From Octopus vulgaris (taxonomy: Eukaryota), in assembly GCA_951406725.2 (NCBI GenBank), contig OX597842.1, positions 806,001 through 870,000 of the forward strand: 64,000 nucleotides of DNA, in the 5' to 3' direction. Below the pieces are notes generated by a model, which saw only the letters and a program-made list of their open reading frames with translations, ran no database searches and was not told where the DNA came from. The translations under genes and the position numbers were made by a program. This document shows, one piece after another, positions 1 through 13,285 of this stretch; within the stretch, counting starts at the first letter, position 1, and each line of letters begins with the position of its first letter.

Positions 1-229
1 ATAAGTCCCTGACCCCATATGTCCCATGTATTGTCCCCTCTTAGTTTAACCCCTGTGGTTTGAATAAAATCATCGAGCTAGTTCAACAGTTCATGTGTTG
101 ATTGTTCAAAGTAGGAGTTCAGAATTTTCAGTCGGAGTTAGCATGGTGGGTTGTTGTTATGTTCCATGTGGTTACTATTGTTTCTTTCGATTAAATAGTT
201 ATTACACTGTTGCAGTGTATTCGTTTATC

Positions 230-583
230 CACAAGGATATAACACTAGATATGCAACTATATGCATGAGAATACATACACATACACTGACTCCCAAAACT
301 GCACATATACACACACACATGCAAAAATATCCCGTTGTTGTTAAAATTCCAATAAAGGAGCCTTGGATCTAGGTTAGAAACCGGCTCTTTCTCTATTGGC
401 AAAAAAAAACTTGAAATAAAACTGAATAATGACAGAGATCCAATCCATCACTGGAACTGTAAAAATCTGTGAAACTTACCAGAAGTTTATCATTTAAGAA
501 TATATAAGCATGTCTAGATATGTAACTATATACATGGGAATACATACATAAAGCAAAACATACAAATCTGCACATATGCATAT
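230..583 (+). mobile_element. Tandem 3'-end fragments of an RLE-type (R4/Dong-like) LINE
   Basis: Shares 'atccatcactggaactgtaaaaatctgt' and 'ctagatatgcaactatatgcatgagaatacatac' with the ORF end and 3' UTR at 45920-47060. The remainder continues at about 1270-1385 after two SINE insertions. Confidence 0.65.
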
Positions 584-865
584 TGTTGTTTGTTCCTTCT
601 CGAGCCACGCCTGGCTCATAGGGCCAGTTTCCCGGTTTCCTTGGCGTATAGGTTCCCCATCTGGATAGGACGCCGGTCCATCGCAGGTGAGCTCCAAGAT
701 GCAGGAAGAAAGAGTGAGCAGAAGTTTTCCTTTACCTTCTGCCAGAGCTGCGTGGAGCTTAGGTGTTTCGTTCATAAACACACACATCGCCCAGTCTGAG
801 ATTCGAACCAGCAATCCCTCAACCACAAGTCTGCTGCTCTAACCACTAGGCCATGTGACTCCACA
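584..865 (-). mobile_element. tRNA-headed SINE family B (V-domain-like centre)
   Basis: Reverse strand has A/B boxes (tggcctagtggttagagc...ggttcgaatc), a central 'cacctgcgatggaccggcgtcc' and a (CAA)-like tail. Homologous to 34985, 36878 and 37188. Confidence 0.8.
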
Positions 866-869
866 TATA

Positions 870-1268
870 CTCTTTACTCTTTTACTCTTTTACTTGTTTC
901 AGTCATTTGACTGCGGCCATGCTGGAGCACAGCCTTTAATCGAGCAAATCGACCCAAGGACTTATTCTTTGTAAGCCCAGTACTTATTCTATCGGTCTCT
1001 TTTGCCGAACCGCTAAGTGACGGGGAAATAAACACACCAGCATCGGTTGTCAAGCAATGCTAGGGGGACAAACACAGACACACAAACACACACACACATA
1101 TATACGACGGGCTTCTTTCAGTTTCCGTCTACCAAATCCACTCACAAGGCTCTGGTTTGCCCGAGGCTATAGTAGAAGATACTTGCCCAAGGTGCCACGT
1201 AGTGGGACTGAACCCGGAACCATGTGGTTGGTAAACAAGCTACTTACCACACAGCCACTCCTGCGCCT
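870..1268 (-). mobile_element. tRNA-headed SINE family A, full length
   Basis: Reverse strand reads ggcgcaggagtggctgtgtggtaag...ggttccgggttcagtccc head, internal (TA/TG)n and a 'cagcatggccgcagtcaaatgactgaaacaagtaaaagag' tail. About 20 copies in the window. Confidence 0.9.
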
Positions 1269-1789
1269 AAATACATATATACATACAAAAATACCCTGTT
1301 TATATTGTTGAAATTCCAAAGAAGGAACCTTGAATCTTGGTTAGAAACTGATTCTTCCTCTCTTGTCAAGAAGTCTTGAAATACATACAGAAATCACTTT
1401 GTTCAATGTATTAAATTTTTCTCTCTGATGATGGCCAGTAGCACAATCAAAACAAAATTTTCACTAAACATTCCTATTACTTTTTACTCCCAGCGTATAG
1501 TAACTATACAGAAGTGTTTATATAACTAATAAATATTTTTTTTTTCCAGAAATATTATACATTTGTCACTAAAGCAACAAAAAAGAAATCTCTCATTTTT
1601 TTTTTACTGCAAAGTGTTGCGTCTTTGCATCGACATCATTAATCTTAGCATGTGGTAGCTGAAACATAGCTTCCCTGAACACAGGGAAACTGACAAGCTG
1701 TCTTCGGCAATCTGATTGGCCGACCATCGACGACGCTGCTCAAACTGTCTCCACTTGTGTATTTAACAAACAAGATATATGTGTGCAGC

Positions 1790-2452
1790 AACACAGACAC
1801 ACACATGCACACAAACACACACATATAAACACACACATACACACAAAACACACACACATATAAACTACACACGCACACACACACACATAAACTACATACA
1901 CACACATAAACACGCACACATATAAACTACACACACACACACATATATAAACACACACACACACACACATATAAATACACGCACATATAAACTACAGCCA
2001 CACACATATAAAACACACACACACATAAATACACACACACATATATAAACACACACACACACATATAAATACACACACATATATAAACACACACACACAT
2101 AAACACACACACATATAAAACACACACACACATAAATACACACACACATATATAAACACACACACACACACACATATAAATACACACACATATAAACTAC
2201 AGCCACACACATAAACACACACACATATAAAACACACACACACATAAATACACACATATATAAACACACACACACACATAAACACACACATATAAAGACA
2301 CACATATCAACTACACACACATAAACACACACACCCACACATATATAAATACATACACATATATAAACACACACACACATAAACAAACACACCCACACAT
2401 ATATAAACACACACATAAACTACACACATATATAAACACACAAACATAAACT

Positions 2453-2487
<35 letters not shown>

Positions 2488-2490
2488 ATG
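1790..2490. repeat. Compound (CA)n/(TA)n microsatellite-minisatellite
   Basis: Repeated 'acacacacatataaa(ct)' units. Confidence 0.9.
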
Positions 2491-2549
2491 TATATAAAGA
2501 GGTACATGTATATAATTTACAAATATACATACGTACATATATAATATAT

Positions 2550-2724
2550 TCTTTTATTTTTTAATTAGTTTCAGTCATTTGACTACAGCCATGCTGGAGC
2601 ACTGCCTTTAGACAAACAAATCGACCCCAGGACTTTGTAAGCCTCATACTTATTCTGTCAGTCTCTTTTACCAAACTGCTAAGTTACGGAGATGTGAACA
2701 CACCTACATCAATTGTCAAGCGAT
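2550..2724 (-). mobile_element. SINE A 3' half
   Basis: gtttcagtcatttgact...gccatgctggagcac. Confidence 0.8.
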
Positions 2725-3035
2725 GTGGGTGTGAGGGGTGAGGGTGGAAGTGGGGTATGAGGGTGGAAGTTGGGTGTGAGGGTGCGGGTGGGGTATGTGG
2801 GAAATAAGGGTAAAAAGAAAAGAATTTTCTTTTCCAATATGCTGAAAAGTAGACGCTGAAATCGTCTAACCACATAGAAATATTTTCACTTAGATAATTA
2901 CACCACATGTTGAAACAAGGAAAGAAAGCTAACAGAAATTCATAAAGATTTTAGTTATCCCAGAATCCATTCCAATTTCTGGAGTAATCCAAAAAGGATT
3001 GTTCCTCCCTGATGAATGGAAAATCCTTGATGAAA

Positions 3036-3264
3036 GGCGCAGGAGTGGCTGTGTGGTAAGTAGCTTGTTTACCGACCATATGGTTCTGGGTTCAGTCCCA
3101 CTAGGAGTGGCTGTGTGGTTGGTAGCTTGTTTACCAACCACATGGTTCCGGGTTCAGTCCCACTGCGTGGCACATTGGGCAAGTGTCTTCTACTATAGCC
3201 TCGGGCCGACCAAAGCCTTGTTAGTGGATTTGGTAGACGGAAACTGAAAGAAGCCCATCGTATA

Positions 3265-3311
<47 letters not shown>

Positions 3312-3512
3312 GTGTGTGTATGTTTGTCCCCCTAGCATTGCTTGACAACTGATGCTGGTGTGTTTATGTCCCTGTTACTTAGCGGTTCGGCAAAAGAGAC
3401 TGATAGAATAAGTACTGCGCTGACAAAAGAATAAGTCCCGGGGTCAAGTTGCTTGATTAAAGGCGGTGCTCCAGCATGGCCACAGTCAAATGACTGAAAC
3501 AAGCAAAAGAGT
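3036..3512 (+). mobile_element. SINE A with duplicated tRNA head
   Basis: Head 'aggagtggctgtgtggt...ggttcagtcccact' occurs twice (about 3041 and 3103) before the body and tail. Confidence 0.85.
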
Positions 3513-3799
3513 AATGGAAAACACTGGGTACAGTGAGACCGAACCCAGAAAAGTGTAGTTGGAAAGCAAGTTTCTTACCACACAGCCATGCCTACACCTA
3601 GGGTATATATAAACCGGTGCAATATATTGTATATAAAACCAGAAGAGAACATAGATATGCCTTGTGCATGGCACTTACCATGCATAGAACTTTGTGGTGA
3701 TTAAAATCTAAAAGTATGGGTATATATTTTTACCTATATCCAGTACATACATATAACCACACATGTATAAAACTATATCTTTCCTGTATATTTTACTAA

Positions 3800-4630
3800 T
3801 CATATACACAAACATACAAACATATATACATACATACATACATATATATATGTGTGCACAGGTGTGTGTAGGGATATATACACAAAGACTCCTTCAAAAA
3901 TATGAATATGTCGTTTGAGGGACATTTTAAATGAAAGAAATGACATTTCACACAAGACGATCTCCTCTCCACTACAGCAATGACCACCACATCTCAAATA
4001 CACAGGTACACACAAAAAACAACAACATAGAAACACACACACAAAAGCATAGACACACACACAAAAGCATAGACACACACACACATGCTTGCGTGGTGCA
4101 TGTGTGCAGTCTCACGCATCATCACACACAGTCATACACACAGTCACGCAAACATATACATACATAGGCACAGACATACATTCTTACACACATACATTTA
4201 TACATATACACATTCATTTACATACACACATATGAACACATACATTTACACATATGCACAAATATATCCACATATATACATGCATACACACACACACATA
4301 TATGTAAGCATATATACAAGCACACCTCCATATGCATGTACATACACACATACATACATATATATACATGCATATATACACACATATGTGTACACATACA
4401 TACAAACATGCATACCTATACAGATATACATACATATATATATATACACACGTGTACACATACATACAAGTATGCATACCTATACAGACATACATGCATA
4501 TATATATATATATATATACATGTACACAGACATACACACTTACATATACGCATGCGCACTTACACACACACATGCACATAAATACACGCATACATACACA
4601 CATATACATGCATACACACACATACATAAT
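3800..4630. repeat. Degenerate (CA/TA/TACA)n low-complexity tract
   Basis: Direct inspection. Confidence 0.85.
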
Positions 4631-4899
4631 TACCTCCTTCTAACACATGAACCACACCCACCCATCCACCTCACACATGCAACCTTCTCCCCACCACCAC
4701 CACCACCACCACCACTACCACCATGATTGTCATCATCTTTGTCAATGACTAACCACTGCATGCAAAGTAAAAGAGTTTTTGTCACCGTCGTTATCACTGT
4801 GGTTGTCAACACGTTAGAAGGACAAGAGTTAAACCGTCAAAATTCCATTGACAGTTTTAGCCAAAAGCAAGACTCTCCTCTCTCTCTCTCTCTCTCTCT

Positions 4900-5285
4900 T
4901 TTTTACTCTTTTACTTGTTTCAGTCATTTGACTGTGGCCATGCTAGAGAACCGCCTTTAGTAGAGCAAATCGACCCCAGGACTTATTCTTGGTATGCCTA
5001 GTACTTATTCTATCGATCTCTTTTGCTGAACCACTAAGTTACGGAAATGTAAACACACCAACATCGGTTGTCAAGCGATGATGGGGCGACAAACACACAC
5101 ACACATACACATATACATATATACAATGGGCTTCTTTCAGATTCCGTCTACCAAATTCACTCACTAGGCTTTGGTCGGCCCGTGGCTAGAGTAGAAGACA
5201 CTTGCCCAAGATGTCACACAGTGGAACTGAACCTGGAACGGTGTGGTTCATAAGTAAGCCACTTACCACACAACCACTCCTACTC
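4900..5285 (-). mobile_element. SINE A
   Basis: Colinear with 870-1268. Confidence 0.85.
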
Positions 5286-5703
5286 TGTCAAGAAATAGGA
5301 AATCATAAATGTGAATAGTGACTGGGGAAAGCTTGGTCTGCAATGTTTGCAGTCGTGTATGCTTGTCAAGAGCCGGGCTCATTAGCCACCAATGGAGCTG
5401 CAAATGCAAAATATAAGTTAGTCCTAGAGCGCACAATGTTCCTGAAGGTCGGCAATGGTCTTCCTCGGTCATGAGTGGACGGCCATCATCATATATGCAT
5501 GTATATATATGTAGGCATGTGTATACATATACACACACACACATATATATATATAGTGTGTAGATGGGGTGAAAATCCAAGCTGTGCTGTCTTAAAGCAC
5601 ATCGGCATATTCCAGTATTCCTAAGTTATATTTAGACCTTATAATTGCGTGAGGTATACATAAGCACTGAAAAATACTGGAAAATAGGTTTTGCAGAGTA
5701 ATT

Positions 5704-6110
5704 AGGCATAGGAGTGGTTATGTGGTAAGTAGCCTGTTTATGAGCCACATGGTTCTGGGTTCAGTCCCACTGCATGGCACCTTGGGCAAGCGTCTTCTAC
5801 TATAGCCTCGGGCCAACCAAAGCCTTGTGAGTGGATTTGGTAGATGGAAACTGAAAGAAGCCTGTTGTATATATGCATATATATATATATCTGTGTATGT
5901 TTGTGTGTCTGTGTTTGTCCCCCTAGCATTGCTTGACAACCAATGCTGGTGTGTTTATGTCTCCATCACATAGCAGTTCGGCAAAAGAGACTGATAGAAT
6001 AAGTACTAGGCTTACAAAATAATAAGTCCCGGGGTCGAGTTGCTCGACTAAAGGTGGTGCTCCAGCATGGCCACAGTCAAATGACTGAAACAAGTAAAAG
6101 AGTAAAGAGT
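5704..6110 (+). mobile_element. SINE A
   Basis: Head, (TA)n and tail motifs present. Confidence 0.88.
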
Positions 6111-6640
6111 ATGTATATACACATTCTCCAAAGGAAGAGAAAGCGACAGAAAAACAGTAAGGGATTGAGAAAGAAAGATAAACTACACAAAAAAAAAAAC
6201 ATCCAAAAAGAAAAATAACAAAATAATAAAAAAATCCTGAAAATAACACCACCACCACCACCACCACTACACTAGCCACGCCATCACCACCACCACCAGT
6301 AAACTAACAGCCATCACCATGTAACATTTATATTGACAAAGATTTGACAGTCTATATAAAGATGTTTGTATAGAGAAAGTGATAAAACATATATTTGATG
6401 TATAGGTGGATGACAGATGTGAGACATGGTGGTCGAATCTGGAGGTCTCGACCCCAGCTTTTGAATAACTGTTTGGAATACCATGAGAAATACCCCAACA
6501 GATGAGACATAAATACGTGTATGTGTGTGGTGCAAAAGCAAATTTAGTTATCATTTTGGTGGCCATTCTGAGTCTCCCTACAACAGAAATATATATATAT
6601 ATATATATATATGCTTTATTTAAAGAAGTAGAAAATTCAA

Positions 6641-6690
6641 CAAAACCTGTAACTCTGAGTTTCACGTTGCCGTTCGTCGGAAAGTTTTTG
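6641..6690 (-). ncRNA. Type I hammerhead ribozyme motif (U4C core variant)
   Basis: Reverse strand: CCGACGA-ACG(GCAA)CGT-GAAA-CTC(A)GAG-TT-ACAGGTTTTG. Paralog of 26335-26383. Confidence 0.65.
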
Positions 6691-6770
6691 CAATAATATA
6701 TTACTCTACCCCTGGTATTTGAGTACTCTTTTTTCCACCTTGTTTCACATTTATGTGTTTACTCCGGTAT

Positions 6771-6960
6771 CATCATCATCATCATCATCGTTTAGTGTCC
6801 GTTTTCCATGCTAGCATGGGTTGGACGGTTCTACTGGGGTCTGTGAAGCCAGAAGGCTTCATCAGGCCCAGTCAAATCTGGCAGTGTTTCTACGGCTGGA
6901 TGCCCTTCCTAACGCCAACCACTCCGTGAGTGTAGTGGGTGCTTTTTACGTGCCACCCGG
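6771..6960 (-). mobile_element. 3' end of RTE-like LINE or derived SINE with (GAT)n tail
   Basis: catcatc-gtttagtgtccgttttccatgctagcatgggttggacgg...ggatgcccttcctaacgccaaccactcc. Recurs at about 12290, 22797, 25852, 26098(+), 32770, 37585(+) and 49475. Confidence 0.7.
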
Positions 6961-7039
6961 TATATATATACATATATATTTTCATATATATATATAATTA
7001 CATATATTTGTATATATTTTCATATATATATATATATAT

Positions 7040-7420
7040 TCTTTTATTCTTTTATTTGTTTCAGTCATTTGACTGTGGCCATGCTGGAGCACTGCCTTTA
7101 GTCGAGCAACTCGACCCTAGGACTTATTCTTTGTAAGCCTAGTACTTATTCTATCAGTCTCTTGCCGAAACGCTGACGGGGACGTAAACACACCAGCATC
7201 GGTTGTCAAGCAATGTTGTGGGGACGAACACAGACACACAAACATATACATACACACACACACACACACACATATATGATGTGCTTCTTTCAGTTTCTGT
7301 CTACCAAATCCACTCACAAGGCATTGGTCGGCCTGAGGCTATAGTAGAAGACACTTGCCCAATGTGCCATGCAGTGGGACTGAACCCGGAAGCTACTTAC
7401 CACACAGCCACTCCTGCACC
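7040..7420 (-). mobile_element. SINE A (internal deletion in head)
   Basis: Colinear with other copies. Confidence 0.85.
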
Positions 7421-7452
<32 letters not shown>

Positions 7453-7555
7453 TCACATTTTGCAAATATAACAAAAATATTTCTCAGTGTAAAAGCTTTA
7501 GCAAAGTGCTCAACAAAAGTAACAAAAATCTATAATATTTTAAACTTACAAGTGT

Positions 7556-8829
7556 ATCTAATGTCTGCAGTAACTATATATGTATATACATGCTTTCATT
7601 CAAAACCTGAATTGTATCTGGGGAAAAAGCTATAGAATAAATATATTTGCTTTGAATATTTATTTATTGAACTGCCCTTTTTAATGCCAACCACTCCAAG
7701 AGTGTAGTGGGCGCTTTTTACATGCCACCGTCATGGAAGCCAGTCAGAGAACACTGGCATGTCCGCTGATGAAAGGATCACATTTTTACATATGTATAAA
7801 TTTGCTTTTACTTGAAGCCTGCATTGTATCCAGGGAAAAATAAACCAAATATATATATAATTGCTCCAAACTTCAGTATATTTATTTTTACTCAGCTTAC
7901 TAGTTAGTTAGTCAGTTTTCTCCATGCCAAACATATACACACATACCCACATACAGATCCACTTACACGCACACTTATAGAATGCATTTAAATCTAATGT
8001 CTACTGATGAGGGGACCACATATTTACAAATGTATAAATTTGCTTTTGTTTGAAACTAGCATCATATCCATGGAAAAAATAAACTGGATATATAATTTCT
8101 ATAGACTTCAATATATTCACTTTAGTTCTCTCTTTGCCATACATATACACACATACAGATCCCCTTACACACATATATGTATACAGAATGCACACAAATC
8201 TGATGTCCGCTGATGATGGAACCACATGGCTATATATCTATAAATGTATATCAACTCAAAACCAGAATTCTATCCAGAAAGAAATATACACCATATATGT
8301 ATTTATTTAAATATATATTAAACATGTCTCCAATTTCAAGGGTCTTTTCACTTAAGCCATCCTTGTGTAATATATAATTGTTATAAACTTGAATATATTC
8401 ACCCTTGCATATGAATCTAATGTCCGCTGATGATGGGACAATGTGGTCATATATGTATAAATGTATATCACCTTAAAACAAAAATTGTATCCAGAAAAAA
8501 TGAATAGCGTATATGTATTTATTTGAATACATATTAAACATCCTTGTAAAATATATAATTGTTACAAACTTGAATATATTCACCTTTGTGCATGCATATA
8601 TAATGCATATGAATCTAACGTCCGCTGATGAGGGGACCACATAGCTTTATGTCTGAAAGTGTATATCAACTTGAAACTGGAATTGTATCCAGGAAAAAAG
8701 AACAGAATATATGTATTTATTTGAATATATATTGAACTTTTCTCCATCTTTAAGTGTCTCTTCACTTAAGCCATACTTGTGTTATATAACATAATTGCTA
8801 TAAACTTGGAATATATTCACCTTTACAGA

Positions 8830-8830
<1 letters not shown>
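7556..8830 (+). repeat. Degenerate ~200-240 bp tandem repeat
   Basis: 'gtccgctgatga..ggaccacat' recurs at about 7761, 7999, 8205, 8421 and 8620, each followed by variants of 'gaaactggaattgtatccaggaaaaa'. Confidence 0.75.
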
Positions 8831-8874
<44 letters not shown>

Positions 8875-8875
8875 A

Positions 8876-8929
<54 letters not shown>

Positions 8930-9129
8930 CACACACTTATACATACTCATGTATGCAAATCAAATTGTACCAATTTTGTATATGTTAATACGATGTTGAC
9001 ATTTAGGTCTCAATAATGTGTGTGTATGTATATGTGTATATATGAATATATGTATGTATTTCTGCATGTGTGCATGCACATGTACGTATATGTGTATATT
9101 CATAATTGTACATGTATGTATGTGTGTGC

Positions 9130-9176
<47 letters not shown>

Positions 9177-9361
9177 TGTATATATAGATATACACACATA
9201 TATAAATATATACATGCATGTATAAAAATGTATACACACACACACACCACACACGTGTGCATATATTGTATATATGATAATTCTATGTGCTTGTGTGTGC
9301 ACATGTTTGTCCTTTACACAAACACACTTACATATAGGTATATATATACACTAATACATAC

Positions 9362-9392
<31 letters not shown>

Positions 9393-9496
9393 CTCCTACC
9401 TACACATGTAGATATATATATATACACTCATACATAGTGGCTGATATACACACACACACTTAAATATAGGTATATACATACACTAATACATACATA

Positions 9497-9543
<47 letters not shown>

Positions 9544-9558
9544 TCATACCTACACCTG

Positions 9559-9589
<31 letters not shown>

Positions 9590-9751
9590 TCATACATAGT
9601 GGCTGATATGCACACACACTTACATATAGGTATATACATACACTAATACATACATATATGCATATATATATATATATATATGCATATATATATATATATA
9701 TATACCTACACGTATATATATATATATATATATATACTCATACCTACACGT

Positions 9752-9782
<31 letters not shown>

Positions 9783-9797
9783 CTCATACCTACACGT

Positions 9798-9833
<36 letters not shown>

Positions 9834-9930
9834 TCATACATAGTGGCTGCTATGCACACAGACACACACACACAGCTACTGACACACATACACACACATA
9901 CACACACACACATACACACACAGACACACG
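8830..9930. repeat. (TA)n/(CA)n microsatellites with repeated 'tactcatacctacacgtagat' spacers
   Basis: Direct inspection. Confidence 0.85.
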
Positions 9931-10159
9931 GAATCAATTGAATGAAGCCACACCAAATTTAATATAAAAGAGGAAAAACCAGCAGAAACGGAGACAAACA
10001 GAAAAATTTCCAGAACAGTTCCACCAAAATGGTATAAAAGAGATTAAACAGAAATTCCAAAGCCACTATCACCATTGGCGCTGTTTTCATTGCTGCTGCT
10101 TCTGGGCCTGCTCAGACTTTTTTCCGCACACTTCCAAACCCCTCCAGCCAGTTTCCAGA

Positions 10160-10825
10160 ACTAATACCACCACCACTACTAACACTAATACTACCATCTC
10201 AACTGCCACCACAACTATGACCATCACCACTACCACCGCCACCACAACTATCACACTGACCACCACCACCACTACAACTACCACTAGCAGCATCACTATC
10301 ATAACCACCACCACAACCAGAGCCACCACTACAACTACAACCATTACCACCACCACCACCACTACCACAACCATCACACTGACCACCACCCCTGCCATCA
10401 ACACAACTACCACCACCACCACCACTACAACTACCACTAGCTGCACCACTATCATAACCACCACCGCAACCACCACCACCACTACCACAACCATCACACT
10501 GACCACCACCCTTGCCATCACCACAACTACCAACTACCACCATCACAATCCCCACTACAACCACCACAACAACTACAACCAACAGCACAAATACCATAAC
10601 TACCACTATCACCACAACTACCACCACCACCACCACTACGACTATCACTGCCATCACTACAACTACCACCATCACAACCACCACTACCACCACCACAACA
10701 ACAACTACCACCAACAGCACCACTTCCATAACCACCACTACAACCATCACTGCCATCACCACAACTACTACCATCACAACAACACCATCACAACAACAGC
10801 TACCATAACCGCCACCACCACCACC
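10160..10825. repeat. (ACC/ACT/ACA)n trinucleotide low-complexity tract
   Basis: Poly-T/V/H ORFs are artefacts of the triplet repeat. Confidence 0.9.
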
Positions 10826-11099
10826 CTTACCCTCTCCCAGTTAATTTCATAACCAAACTGTTTCTAGCTTGGTCCAAAGTTCAGCATATTTAATTTCATG
10901 TAAATAGGAAATCACGCCATCCCCACCTCTCCCCGTTTCTACCCCCCCCCCTGCCCCTTAACCAAATTCGCCGCCAAATCTTTACAGTTACTTTTTCTTC
11001 ATATTCTTGCAAATTTCCTTTTCTTTCCATTTCCCATTTTACTTTTTCTGTTTCTTCATCATCTTCCTACCTTGCAACATCTTCCATTTATCGTTAGCC

Positions 11100-11500
11100 G
11101 TCAAGGATAATGATGTGGTTTTAATGGTTTGGAGCTACTGGTAACATGTAACCCAGTACAACCTGTTACATGGTCGGGTCGTTGGCGACTAAACTGGCAA
11201 CCCCACCAAGATTTCTTGGTGAGGAGGGTGATTTGGACACCCAGCAGGACTAAAAACAAAACCTGTCAAAGGGCAGAGGAACTCTCTCATGAGTCAATGG
11301 CCATCCAAAATCTGGAGTGGAGCCCCTAAGGCGGTTGGATTGCGCCATGCGTGCCACCTTCCGGCAGCTCCTGCATCCTGGTCTACCCCCAGTCGTCTTG
11401 ACTTTGTCTTGCCACTGGATCCGGCGCACCAGGACGAGAGAGTGAGGCTGATCCTGCACAAGTCACCCTCACTATAATCCAAGTCACGCGCATGTCACGA
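11100..11500 (+). mobile_element. Unclassified dispersed repeat, possibly a retroelement 5' region
   Basis: 'aatctggagtggagc..taggcggtt...ttccggcagctcctgca' is shared with 50584-50650. Confidence 0.45.
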
Positions 11501-11689
11501 CATCATGACGTCATAAAAATGAAACTAGTCATCTTCGAACCCGAAGGACGAACATTTTAAGCTGCTCAGACTATTTCGGTAAGCTCTTACCATTTGACCA
11601 CTTGGCATTTTTATTTGTCTTGTAGGTTTGTCTCTCGTAAGCTTCTTCCCACATTGTCATGTTGTCGCTCTGCCGCTTCCTACAGGTAT

Positions 11690-12272
11690 TTTATTTATTT
11701 ATTTTATTTTATTTTTATTTTATCTGTGGCCATGCTGGGGCACTGCCATTTGGTGTTGCTACATGATTTTACTTCACGAATGCTTTTTAGCAATTGCCAT
11801 TTGGTGCATGAGAGAGTTCAATGCAGCTGCCCTCATCTGCACCTCCTGCCGTGAAGTTGGTTCATCTGGGACACCTGACAGGAAGAGATCCAGTTTTATT
11901 TTAAAGACATCTGCATCCACCCCATGCAGGTCTATTAGGTTCTTGGGGAGGATATTGAAGAGCTGTGGGCCTCGGAAGCCCAGGCTATCACAGTATCTTG
12001 TCCTACATCTTGATGGCAAATTTGGAGTCCTTGGCACCATGCAGTGGCGCCCAGTTCTAGCATTTGTGTAACTCTCGATGCCAAAGTTTGGGACAAGTCC
12101 TTCCAGGATCTTCCAGATGTATATTATGGCATATCTTTCTCGCCTATGCTCTAAGGAATAGAGTCTCAATCTCTTGAGTCTTTCCCAATTGCTTATATGC
12201 TGCACAGAGGCTATCTTCTTCATGTAGCTTCGTTGGATCGCCTCAAGTTCTGTGATTAACTTGACACTGGAT
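11690..12272 (-). mobile_element. CR1/L2-group LINE 3' fragment (ORF2 C-terminus plus 3' UTR)
   Basis: ORF 11774-12301 encodes ELEAIQRSYMKKI..WERLKRLRLYSLEHRRERYAIIYIWKIL..FKIKLDLFL, the typical post-RT region of CR1-group ORF2. It has an (AAAAT)n tail. Confidence 0.85.
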
Positions 12273-12389
12273 GGTGACCCCCACTCCATCATCATCATCA
12301 TTGTCTAACGCCTGTTTTTCATGCTGGCATGGGTTGGATGGTTTGACATGGAGCTGGCCAGCTGGGAGCTGTCCAGATTCCAGTTGTCT

Positions 12390-13100
12390 GGCAGAAGTTG
12401 TTCTCTGCGCATTTTCAGTGTTATTTATAGCTCCTGAACATTTGCCACATACAAAAACTATCTTCCCAGTTAGCCTTCCTTTGATATTGCTGCACCTCTT
12501 ATGTGTCCATAGCTTACACTAGGTACATCTTATAGTAGTGCTTTTCAACCATTTTGCTGGAGCGGAACCCCAAGGAAACATTCCACTGGCTCGAGGAAAC
12601 CCTGTGCAATAATTTGTCTTATGCACACATATCTGCACAGGAGAATTAAAAATTACTGTCGATTTTAGCATTTTTGTAACTTCTTGCGGAACCCCTGGAC
12701 TGTACTGGTGGAACACTAAGATTCCACGGAACTCTGGTTGAAAACCCCTGTCTTATAGAGTTTCTACCTATGCCTTTTCTACAGATCGAGCAGGACCATC
12801 TACCTGAAGGGATTTATGGTTTGCCTGCCTTCCTACTTATTAGGACTTTGGTTTTAGCTAGGTTTACTCTAAGGCCTTTCGATTCTAATCCTTGTTTCCA
12901 CACTTGTAACTTCTCTAGTTCTGATAGTGACTCAGCAATTAGAGCAAGGTCATCAGCATAGAGGAGCTCCCAGGGACATCCCGTCTTGAATTCCTCTATT
13001 ATCGCCTGGAGGACTATGATAAATACCAGGGGCTGAGGACTGAACCTTGGTGGACCCCTACCTCTACCTGGAATTCTTCACTGTACTCGTTGCCAACCCT
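12390..13100 (-). pseudogene. RTE-like LINE reverse-transcriptase fragment with PHD-like Cys/His finger, interrupted by a MITE
   Basis: Reverse translation gives GVHQGSVLSP...ELLYADDLALI...GLRVNLAKTKVL...WSCSICRKGIGRNSI|RCT*CKLWTHKRCS...FVCGKC. Confidence 0.8.
12536..12750. mobile_element. hAT-type MITE with 8-bp TSD
   Basis: TIRs tagtgcttttcaacca / tggttgaaaacccctg. TCTTATAG flanks both ends (12528-12535, 12751-12758). Confidence 0.85.
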
Positions 13101-13285
13101 TCTGTGAACAACTTTACCTGAACTTTTGGCCTGGAGAGTAACTTTCTAGGTGCAATCCCATGGTCATTCATAACTGAAGAGGGTCTCTACTATATATATA
13201 CATATATATATTGAAAAGATATAGAAAAAATATATTCCAAACAGAGCAAAGATAATATTAAAGATTTATATAACAAATGAGAACA

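Noticed and set aside
1057-1311. Recurrent peptide '[41 protein letters not shown]' as a multicopy gene
   Set aside because: Antisense translation of the SINE A head, with frames varying between copies
10030-10042. TATAAAAG as a promoter
   Set aside because: Isolated motif in AT-rich DNA with no downstream gene evidence
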